Of a stretch of DNA of 40,008 bases, positions 9,309 to 17,649 are shown one piece after another; position 1 is the stretch's first letter; every line of letters begins with the position of its first letter. A program made the translations under genes and the position numbers. The DNA is taken from contig JBBSLN010000001.1 of assembly GCA_038255205.1 (NCBI GenBank), positions 1 through 40,008 on the forward strand. The letters run 5' to 3'. The notes beneath the pieces were generated by a model. The model was not told the origin of the DNA, did not search any database, and was given only the letters and a program-made list of their open reading frames with translations. The DNA comes from Flavobacteriales bacterium (lineage in GTDB: Bacteria > Bacteroidota > Bacteroidia > Flavobacteriales > Flavobacteriaceae).

Positions 9309-10113
9309 AAACCGGACTTACGTGCCCTAGTCCTCGTTGAATAAAAGCGAGTGGCGCATTTTGGTCTCTCCTTTTATGGGCCCATCCGTGACGAAAACTA
9401 TGGGGCGTAATTCGCTCTAAAATTTTTGCATTTCCAACATATTTTTTTATGATTCTTTCTACCGTTCGTGTGGTTAATCGGGAATACCAGCCCGTCCCCT
9501 GTTTCCATCCAAGAAAGAGTGCATGGCTTGTGGTTTGAGAACATTCATTTATACGTAATGCCATATACTTAAGTAGTAGTTCATGAGTCATTTTAGACCA
9601 CATAATTGTTCTTTTCAGTCCGGTTTTCTTTGTAGTAATGATGGTATTGTGACGGTTCTCATTAATTTGAGAAACATCAAGATCCGTCAGTTCGGATACA
9701 CGAACTCCTGTATCCCACAACATACATATGATCAGTTGATCTCTAATAGATGCAAATCCGGATTTGGGAATTTCACTTAAAACCGATTCAAATTCCTGTT
9801 CACTCACCGCTCGGTGGGACTTTGCCACGATCCTTGGCAGTTTTATTAGTGAAGGGTTTAAGCAGATATAATCCTGATTTTTATAAAACTGAAAAAAGTT
9901 TTTGACGATGATGATTGCATATTGGACCGAGTAGGAATTAAATTTTCCTTCTAAAAATTTCCTGTAATTAACAACATCCATTATGGTGAATTCCTGCAAT
10001 TCTTTTTCTCCACACACCTCGATCAACCGTTCGAGCCAAATCTTATAGTTAACAGCCGCCCTTGGCGCATAGGAGGCTTTCCAATCCAAATAAAGTTTAA
10101 TTAATTCTTTCAT
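9241..10113 (-). CDS. XerC/D-like tyrosine recombinase
   Basis: DTGVRVSEL, TKKTG, TPHSFRHGWA and LGHVSPVSTFVY give a complete R-K-H-R-H-Y set. Confidence 0.93.
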   Translation of the reverse strand: MKELIKLYLDWKASYAPRAAVNYKIWLERLIEVCGEKELQEFTIMDVVNYRKFLEGKFNSYSVQYAIIIVKNFFQFYKNQDYICLNPSLIKLPRIVAKSHRAVSEQEFESVLSEIPKSGFASIRDQLIICMLWDTGVRVSELTDLDVSQINENRHNTIITTKKTGLKRTIMWSKMTHELLLKYMALRINECSQTTSHALFLGWKQGTGWYSRLTTRTVERIIKKYVGNAKILERITPHSFRHGWAHKRRDQNAPLAFIQRGLGHVSPVSTFVYEQYKDVEFEKCAKKYLT

Positions 10114-10117
10114 ACAT

Positions 10118-10156
10118 ACAAAAGACCCGCCCGGAACGAACCCGGCGGGCCTTTGT
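10118..10156 (-). terminator. Terminator/attenuator hairpin directly upstream of the recombinase ATG
   Basis: Minus strand ACAAAGGCCCGCCGGG-TTCGTT-CCGGGCGGGTCTTTTGT, ending 4 nt before the start codon. Confidence 0.65.
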
Positions 10157-10373
10157 AAACCTCTCTTTTACGAGTGGCTGATTCTGATAAAACCTTGGTA
10201 AAACCAAGCCATTACCGGAATCTATTTCTAATCTACCATAGACTTTTAAAAAATAAAAGGCCATGAAGTAAGAAACATAACAAACGCACCATTGTTCGTT
10301 CCGACCCTGATAAAGTATCAGGAGGTCTCCACTTAAGGAGCAACGGTAAGTCTTATTAACTTTTAATATTCAT

Positions 10374-10403
10374 AGTTTATCATATTGCAATATATTTTGT
10401 CAA
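10374..10403 (-). promoter_or_regulatory. Sigma70-type promoter of the recombinase leader
   Basis: Minus strand TTGACA (10398-10403), N18, TAAACT (10374-10379) with extended TGn. Confidence 0.55.
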
Positions 10404-10452
10404 GTGTCAAGATGTGGATATCCTTTGCGGTTACACTCTTTCACTTTTTGCA

Positions 10453-10626
10453 TTTTAAAGGAGATACAAAAATAAACTGTGATTTTGCGATTCCCAGGAT
10501 GAAGGCCTGGCGTTTCAAAAGATTTCCCGGCATATCCTCAATTTTCTGAATGGTATTCCGGTATTCCAGTTTCCTTTTGAACGTCGCAAATCCACAGTTT
10601 GTAAGTGGCTGGTATCACCTTTAAAA
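10453..10626. repeat. Large nested inverted repeat upstream of radC
   Basis: TTTTAAAGGAGATAC/GTATCACCTTTAAAA, AAACTGTGATTTTGCGA/TCGCAAATCCACAGTTT and TTCAAAAG/CTTTTGAA pairs. Confidence 0.75.
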
Positions 10627-10635
10627 TTTCAAAAG

Positions 10636-11094
10636 ATGCCAAAGACAAGAACACTCAACACCTTAAACGAAATCCGAGTAACGTACAGTAACAAAACTAA
10701 ATCCTGTGACAGAATTAAAATTGGAAGTTCCAGGGATGTGGCTTCCCTATTCCGTTCTGTATGGTCGGATAACATAGAATTCAGAGAAGAATTCAATATC
10801 CTGCTTTTGAATCGGGCCAATCATGTATTGGGATGGTATCAAGTATCTAAGGGCGGTTGTGCCGGAACAGTAGTTGACCCTAAGCTGATATTTGCAGTGG
10901 CCTTAAAATGTAATGCACAGGGTGTAATCTTATGTCACAATCACCCTTCAGGCAATTTAACCCCAAGTGAATCGGATTTGAAGCTGACAGAAAAACTCAA
11001 GAAAGGCGGAAACTTATTGGATATTGCAATACTTGATCACATTATTCTTAGTGTAGAGTCATACTATTCGTTTGCGGATGAAGCCAACCTCTAA
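10636..11094 (+). CDS. radC: RadC-like JAB-domain protein
   Basis: REEFNILLLNRANHVLG, GTVVDPK, ILCHNHPSGNLTPSESD, ILDHIIL. Confidence 0.95.
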   Translation: MPKTRTLNTLNEIRVTYSNKTKSCDRIKIGSSRDVASLFRSVWSDNIEFREEFNILLLNRANHVLGWYQVSKGGCAGTVVDPKLIFAVALKCNAQGVILCHNHPSGNLTPSESDLKLTEKLKKGGNLLDIAILDHIILSVESYYSFADEANL

Positions 11095-11895
11095 TTTTTT
11101 TTTAATTTTCTCCTTTTAAATTCAGCCATTCTAATGTTCGGTGCATTGCTAGTTTAAGTTACCCCAACTTCCGCAAAGCCCCCGAAGTATGATGGTATAA
11201 TTTTTTTAATGAATTTTTTTAGCCAGTCAGACTTAGTTAAGTGGTAGCCTTTTTAGAATACACCTTTCTGAAAGCAACAAAAAGTCTTAGCTAAAATTTC
11301 AATACACAGGTAATCAGCTACTTGAAATTTTTCATCTTGTTTAATCCAACAAAACCAAGGGTAAACCCCTGTATGGAATATTTGTAAAAAACAGGGGAAA
11401 GTACGTGTTTTTTAGCTGATATCTTCTTATACATTTGGGCGCAATATTAAATCTGGGAAGCAATTTCCAGAAGTTCCATTAAAATAAAGTGCCATGAAAA
11501 AAACTTTCCATTTTGTTTTTATCATATTAATTTCTACCTATACAAAAATTTATGACTTGAACAGAAACACTCTCAACCCGGCCTCACATACGTCCTGGCG
11601 GCCGCATGGCAAGATAGCTTGTGGCTCATGCGAACCTACTTACTCCAAACCGCCTTACCTCCTTTGCCCTAATTGCTTAACAATTAAAGTTAAAAATTTA
11701 ATTTCGACGTTTTCGTGTAAAGTTAAAAGTGTAATTTTATAAGAATTAAATTATTTGCTACCGCTATGTACAATATCAATGAACATTTTGAATTATTAAA
11801 ATAAAAAGTATTAAAATTATTCATTACAAAATCAATGATTTATGTAGAATTATAAAATAATTTATGAAGAAGCATTGACTTTACCATTTTCGTAT

Positions 11896-11903
11896 TACAT
11901 TTG
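11896..11903 (+). promoter_or_regulatory. Bacteroidota -7 promoter element upstream of the toxin operon
   Basis: TACATTTG matches TAnnTTTG, with TTG at 11876-11878; a second TACATTTG lies at 11430-11437. Confidence 0.4.
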
Positions 11904-12040
11904 GATTAATAATTAGAATTTCAAAAATTAATTACTGCATTCTTCTGCCCATTGCAGTTAATTTATATCTTTTACAGAAGCCGGGATAGTTCGAAGATTG
12001 CATTTTTTATAATTTAACTTCTTAATTAATTAACATAGCA

Positions 12041-14185
12041 ATGAAAAAATTGTACGTAGTTCTTATTGTTTTTTTTGTTTCCTACTCCAATCTTGAAGCA
12101 AATCATATGCTTTCAGGAAGAATTTATTATCAGTGGATGTATGGCACAACCTATAAAATTATTCTGGAAAAATATTGGCAATGTGATGGATTGGGTCCTA
12201 TTCCCCAAATCCCTGCGTGCTTTTATGATTCTACGTCTGGGAATGTAAACACTAATTTATTGTTCACAAGAGATACGATTTTTGATGTATCAATTGTGTG
12301 TGACACGCTTCCTAATACTTGCCAAAGTGTGAATAATATATGGCCTGGTTGGAAAATGGTGCGATACTCACTTATACATGATTTCGGAAATAGTAATCAT
12401 TGGAAATTTGGTTCTACAGAATGTTGTTACATTCAGCTTGATAATATGGACCAAGGTTCGGTCATTGAAACAGTTTTTTTATCGGCTATTTATCTAAACA
12501 ATGCCAGCTATAATAATTCTGCATATACGCCTATTGGGCCTGTGATTTCTGTGCCGGTCAATCAACTTCAACAAATTGACCTTTCCGCAATAGATCCCGA
12601 CGGTGATTCATTGGTCTATTCCCTTGAAAAAGCATGGGAACAAACGTGTTATTCTATGGTAGAAGCCGATTATACTCCTGGATTCAGTTACCTACAGCCA
12701 ATTTCAACTTACTTAACAGGAGGTGTTACTTTGAATAGCCAAACAGGTATACTCTCTTTTACTCCTACAACTATAGAGAATGATTTGGTAGTTTATAGAA
12801 TAACTGAATACCGTAATGGGCTAATAGTAGGTTTAACACATCGTGCCATCCAGGTAAAGGTAACAACCGATTTGAATAGCCGTCCTGTTATATCAGGAAT
12901 GAATGGTGGCAGCACTAATTCAATTACAATATGCGCTGGTGACAGTGTTAATTTTACGGTTTTTACGTCGGATGCGAACTTAGATTCAACTTCAATCTCA
13001 CATTATTATTTCACTGGAACAGATGATGTTTTTATTATCAATCCTGGAGTAAACGAAAGCGGCACTTTTAGTTGGATCACAGATTCAACCGATTCTGCAA
13101 GTTCTCCCTATATTTTTGCATTAACCTCGCAAGACAAGAATTGCCCTTTTAATGGTTATTCAAATAAAGCTTTTATTATTCAGGTAAATTATTGCGCGAA
13201 CAACGATGTTTGGCCTGGGGATGCAAACAGCGATAAAAATGTTGATGCTTCCGACCTTCTTCCCATAGGTCTTGCTTATGGAGCAACTGGACCCATTCGA
13301 CCATCCGCCTCACTTTCGTGGAATGCCCAACCTTGCCAGGGTTGGTCGCAATTTTTATCCTCGGGAACTGATTATAAACATAGTGATTGCGATGGCAATG
13401 GTGTTGTTGATTCATTCGATGTACAAGGTATCACGACAAATTTCGGCCAAAGTCATTTGCGTTTAGCTATGTCACCAAACAAAGCTGCCTTCCCGGCAGC
13501 TGAATTAAAAATAACTCTCTCAAAAGACACGGTGGCACCAGGTGAAACCATTTCAGGGGTAGTCTCTATTGGTGATGCATCCAATCTTTTTTCGGGCTAT
13601 GGAATTGGATTTGATATTCAAGGGGACCCGACTACCTATTCATTTAACTCCGGTGATTTTATACCAAGTATGCTACTAGGCAACAATATTCTAAATTTTA
13701 ATCAAATCTCATTTGACAGGGTTAACTCAGCAGTAACCAGATACAATCTTATTAATGCTAATGGTTATGGTGATATCTTTTCATTTACCCTGACAGCAAA
13801 TGCAGGTATTTCAGTGTTGACGAATTCCAATCTTACATTTAGTTCATCTGAATATAGCGATGCCGCCGGATATATAAGTCCCATAGGCAATGTTGGAGCT
13901 CCAATAGTGATTGATCCTTTACTTACTATCGAAGATCACAATCAAAATACTTTGTTCACTGCCTTTCTTAATAGCGGCAACCTTATTATTAATTATACGG
14001 GAAACTACAAGAATTCCGTTGCAGTATTAACGAACATGTTGGGCCAGGAAATAAAAATGTGGCCACTAAATGCTGATCTGAATACTTGCAGCGTGGCAGG
14101 AATCCAACCTGGAATATACCTGCTTTCACTTACAGATAATGCTACTTTTAAATCGAAGAAAATTTACATCCCGATTACTCATTAA
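12041..14185 (+). CDS. Secreted protein with Ig-like, dockerin-like and cohesin-like regions and a T9SS type A C-terminal domain
   Basis: Signal peptide; DPDGDSLVYSL; VWPGDANSDKNVDASDLL and HSDCDGNGVVDSFD EF-hand-like pair; C-terminal NMLGQEI...PGIYLLSL...SKKI. Confidence 0.8.
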   Translation: MKKLYVVLIVFFVSYSNLEANHMLSGRIYYQWMYGTTYKIILEKYWQCDGLGPIPQIPACFYDSTSGNVNTNLLFTRDTIFDVSIVCDTLPNTCQSVNNIWPGWKMVRYSLIHDFGNSNHWKFGSTECCYIQLDNMDQGSVIETVFLSAIYLNNASYNNSAYTPIGPVISVPVNQLQQIDLSAIDPDGDSLVYSLEKAWEQTCYSMVEADYTPGFSYLQPISTYLTGGVTLNSQTGILSFTPTTIENDLVVYRITEYRNGLIVGLTHRAIQVKVTTDLNSRPVISGMNGGSTNSITICAGDSVNFTVFTSDANLDSTSISHYYFTGTDDVFIINPGVNESGTFSWITDSTDSASSPYIFALTSQDKNCPFNGYSNKAFIIQVNYCANNDVWPGDANSDKNVDASDLLPIGLAYGATGPIRPSASLSWNAQPCQGWSQFLSSGTDYKHSDCDGNGVVDSFDVQGITTNFGQSHLRLAMSPNKAAFPAAELKITLSKDTVAPGETISGVVSIGDASNLFSGYGIGFDIQGDPTTYSFNSGDFIPSMLLGNNILNFNQISFDRVNSAVTRYNLINANGYGDIFSFTLTANAGISVLTNSNLTFSSSEYSDAAGYISPIGNVGAPIVIDPLLTIEDHNQNTLFTAFLNSGNLIINYTGNYKNSVAVLTNMLGQEIKMWPLNADLNTCSVAGIQPGIYLLSLTDNATFKSKKIYIPITH

Positions 14186-14194
14186 GAACTTCTA

Positions 14195-16081
14195 ATGAGT
14201 AAAATTTATATATATATTCTCCTTCCTATTTGTTTATGTATTACCCATATAAGCTATGCCCAGACAACAAGTGATGATTCTACTAAAAATAAAAGAACAT
14301 ATTTAAAAATGGGACATGAATTTTATCAAACCAATGGGAATTTTATGTTAAATGGAAGATTTAATTCCACTTGGATAGAATTATCTCCCTTAATATGTAA
14401 AGTTCCGATAACATTAATCTTTCAATACTCTACATTTTTTGACCATTCAAATACATCACATAAATATCGATTCTCATTTAAATACAATAAACAAACCAAT
14501 CTCCCAAACTATGATACTTCAAATTTATTAAATGATTCTATAATAGAATTAAACAAGAAACTTGCTATAAATAAAAACATTTTTGAAAAAAATTTCAATC
14601 AACATTTTCTTAAAACATTCCACGTCCCAGAAATGAAATCTTCAGTATTAGCAGTTGACACATTTAATATGAGCTCTTCTTTTCAATTACCGTATGATTC
14701 TGCTTGTATTTATATTAACAATTATGCTAATCAGCTTGAAAAATACAAAACTGAGTATGACGCTCTTTCAACTATTAATGATTCATTATCCCCATTAAAT
14801 TCCAATAATAGTGCAGATTATAAAAAAAGAAAAATTGAACTTAACAAACTAGATATTGGTCAAAATACTTTGAGTGAATCTCCTCTCACATTATATGATA
14901 TACAATATAGTGGAATTTTAACCGAAATTGATTATAATAATTTTATTCTACAAGTAGCAGGAGGAAATTTATACGACAATAAAAATCTATATTCATTGAA
15001 TTTTTTTAATACTAGCCATGATAGTCTTTCGTTTTTCAAATTTTCATCGGGATATGATTTTGAAAAGAATAAAGTAAAAATTGGGGGAATTTTTTATTAT
15101 AATGGTATAAATTTAAAAAATTTAAGCCATAAAACAAGTATTATTTCCTTTCAAAATCAAACTAATTTAAATAAAAACAACCAATTAAAAATAACGGTGG
15201 CATCATCTATTGCCAGCACAAATAATATTTCCGAAAATTCTTATAACTTATATGATGCCGGTGCAATTTCAATAACAACTTCGCACTTTATCCCAAAATC
15301 TTCTACATCTATTAATATTTCCTTCCAGACACTGGGTAAAACATATAACAATCCCGGGAATAAATTCCTACTCCCAGGTGACAAATGTAAAAAAATAAAT
15401 ATTACTCAGCCATTAACCAAATCAAAAAAAGTAAGCATTCATTCTGAAATTTCCAGCAATTCCAATAAAGACAAAAATTATAAATTCAGCAATTTATCTT
15501 TTTTGATTGAACCAATGGTGATTCATAATAATCACTTAATACTTCTTTCCTACTCCAACATAATTTCTAAAATCCAGTATTTCTTACATGATCAGCCCTC
15601 TCAAGAAGTCAAACAAAAAACTATTTCACTGAACTTCTCAAGTCGATTTAAATATAAATCAAAGTTTATTAATAATAATTTTTATTCATATTTTACAACC
15701 AATCAGTCTAATTCAACTAATAGAGATTACAGCGAATACTTGTTTTCCGATTTGATTTCAACAACATTAAATGATAAACAAACACTAAATTACCAACTTA
15801 GTTTTCGCAAAATAAATTCACAATTACACCTATTTTCACATTATTTAGCATTCTATCAAAAAATCAAATCCCTTGCGTTGGGGTTAGGTGTTGGTGATGA
15901 ATATAAGTACTTGAGTAAAAATCATACTATTTCTCTTTCTCCACAATTAGGATGGGTCACTAATAAATTTAAAAGTAAAATTAATTTTAATATATCTTAT
16001 AAAATTCTGTTAGTAAATAATTATGACAGGATGATTAAAAATTCCGAAACTTTAAATACTAAATTGACCGCTTCATTCTAA
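14195..16081 (+). CDS. Putative outer-membrane beta-barrel protein
   Basis: 628 aa; signal peptide; alternating beta-strand pattern in the C-terminal half; ends NTKLTASF (terminal Phe). Confidence 0.6.
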   Translation: MSKIYIYILLPICLCITHISYAQTTSDDSTKNKRTYLKMGHEFYQTNGNFMLNGRFNSTWIELSPLICKVPITLIFQYSTFFDHSNTSHKYRFSFKYNKQTNLPNYDTSNLLNDSIIELNKKLAINKNIFEKNFNQHFLKTFHVPEMKSSVLAVDTFNMSSSFQLPYDSACIYINNYANQLEKYKTEYDALSTINDSLSPLNSNNSADYKKRKIELNKLDIGQNTLSESPLTLYDIQYSGILTEIDYNNFILQVAGGNLYDNKNLYSLNFFNTSHDSLSFFKFSSGYDFEKNKVKIGGIFYYNGINLKNLSHKTSIISFQNQTNLNKNNQLKITVASSIASTNNISENSYNLYDAGAISITTSHFIPKSSTSINISFQTLGKTYNNPGNKFLLPGDKCKKINITQPLTKSKKVSIHSEISSNSNKDKNYKFSNLSFLIEPMVIHNNHLILLSYSNIISKIQYFLHDQPSQEVKQKTISLNFSSRFKYKSKFINNNFYSYFTTNQSNSTNRDYSEYLFSDLISTTLNDKQTLNYQLSFRKINSQLHLFSHYLAFYQKIKSLALGLGVGDEYKYLSKNHTISLSPQLGWVTNKFKSKINFNISYKILLVNNYDRMIKNSETLNTKLTASF

Positions 16082-17155
16082 ATGAAAAAAATAAATATAC
16101 TGTTAGCTATACTTTGGTGCCCCTTATTAATGAGTGGGCAAGTATCCATCAACCTTCAAAAACAATCTTACTTAGTATTTTCACATTCGGATGTTTTTAA
16201 TTTTACAGTTGTCAACTCAAATAATCAATCTTTAAAAGGGCGCATACAAATCAGAATTGAATCAGTGAATTTAGAACCTATTACTTATTTGGAATCCAAT
16301 ATATTCGAATTATCACCTGGTATTAATAGTAACTGGCAGATGCTTCAATCTGAAAGTATTTTCAACTTCTTTGATAATCCAATTTCGAATCACTTTAATC
16401 AGACAGGAAATTTGATTACAGGACATTATGAATTATGTATTGCATTTATTCCCTTATCCGGAGAAATAAATTCAGTCTCACGATGTTTTGATATTGAAGT
16501 TTTGAATACCCTTGGTTTAAAACTAATTTTTCCTTGTGATGGGTGTGAACTACCTTCACCAAATCCACTACTGAAATGGAATCCGCAATTCATTTTTGAC
16601 AATGAATATACTTACACCCTTCAAGTATGTAAAATAGAACCTGGCCAATCCGATTTAGAAAGTCAAATTTATAATATTCCTATTATATCTGTTACTGACT
16701 TAAGAGAAAATTATTTATTTTATGATCCCAAATTTCCCCCATTGGAAAATACATACGAATATTCTTGGCGGGTAAGCGTGATAAAAAATAATTTTCAAAT
16801 TCTACAATCAGAAATTTGGACCTTCCACCTTTCTCCCCCTAATATTATTCATACTAATAGCAATTTAAGAACTATTACCCCTGAAAGAAATCTTCATGAG
16901 TATATTTTCGAAAATTCTATTGGTTTCGTTTATAATAATAGATTTAATATGCAAGAAGTTGAGTACACTATCAAAGATCTCTCGAGAAATTCTAAAATTA
17001 TCTACCAAGATTTTATTACTCTTCACCCTTATCAAAATCAAATTGAAATACCCTTTTCTAAAATCGTATCAATCAACAAACAAAGCTTATATCTTTTGAC
17101 ATTTTTTGATACAAGAAGGCAACCATTTTATTTATACTTTAAATTAAAAGAATGA
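16082..17155 (+). CDS. Exported beta-sandwich (Ig/FN3-like) accessory protein
   Basis: 357 aa; signal peptide; PLLKWNP...YTLQV...YSWRVSV...SEIWTF is an FN3-like pattern; abuts both neighbours. Confidence 0.65.
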   Translation: MKKINILLAILWCPLLMSGQVSINLQKQSYLVFSHSDVFNFTVVNSNNQSLKGRIQIRIESVNLEPITYLESNIFELSPGINSNWQMLQSESIFNFFDNPISNHFNQTGNLITGHYELCIAFIPLSGEINSVSRCFDIEVLNTLGLKLIFPCDGCELPSPNPLLKWNPQFIFDNEYTYTLQVCKIEPGQSDLESQIYNIPIISVTDLRENYLFYDPKFPPLENTYEYSWRVSVIKNNFQILQSEIWTFHLSPPNIIHTNSNLRTITPERNLHEYIFENSIGFVYNNRFNMQEVEYTIKDLSRNSKIIYQDFITLHPYQNQIEIPFSKIVSINKQSLYLLTFFDTRRQPFYLYFKLKE

Positions 17156-17649
17156 AGTTATTAGCAAGTATCCTTGTCTTTTGCTTTCTTTTTGCCTGTA
17201 CAAAAGTAAACAGGTCAAATACTATTGGACAAAATCGTGACCATTTAACTCAGAAATCAGGACAGTTCACTTTTTCAATTCACCCTATTAACTCAATTAA
17301 AGAAGATAAAACGAATCCATTATGCGGTATACAAATCTCATTCATGAATAATGATCAAAATTTTCAACATAAAATAAAGTATGAATCGTATATTCATTTT
17401 TTTTCATTTGAGTTTGGAAAACATATTAAATTAGTTTCTGATTCAGATACGATTGCATGTGAGCATTACAACGGAGAACGATATTATGATGTCTCTCCGA
17501 TTTCTCATGTATTTACATACTTCCCAATTTCCGATTTATCTCTTTACAAGAAAGAAAAGTTCAAACTAGTGCTATTGAAAAACGATTTTATAAATTCTGA
17601 GAATGTTGAATTTTCATTACATAATAAGTTTTTACGAGATTGCCTATGA
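17152..17649 (+). CDS. Lipoprotein
   Basis: MKLLASILVFCFLFA-C lipobox; ATGA overlaps at both ends. Confidence 0.75.
   Translation: MKLLASILVFCFLFACTKVNRSNTIGQNRDHLTQKSGQFTFSIHPINSIKEDKTNPLCGIQISFMNNDQNFQHKIKYESYIHFFSFEFGKHIKLVSDSDTIACEHYNGERYYDVSPISHVFTYFPISDLSLYKKEKFKLVLLKNDFINSENVEFSLHNKFLRDCL

Larger units (their letters stand above)
202..11100. mobile_element. tRNA-Leu-associated integrative genomic island (right boundary not defined)
   Basis: Integrase immediately 3' of the tRNA, an excisionase-like gene, ardC, radC, a methylase and a Rep gene. No duplicated tRNA 3' end was found by eye, so the island may extend further. Confidence 0.7.

Noticed and set aside
211-11374. 11-bp direct repeat AACCCCTGTAT at 211-221 and 11364-11374 as island attL/attR
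   Set aside because: It lies outside the tRNA, so it is not the expected tRNA 3'-end duplication, and it is short enough to be chance.
11494-11742. 82-aa ORF upstream of the toxin operon
   Set aside because: No recognisable motif or coupling to neighbours. It could be a small exported peptide but cannot be supported.
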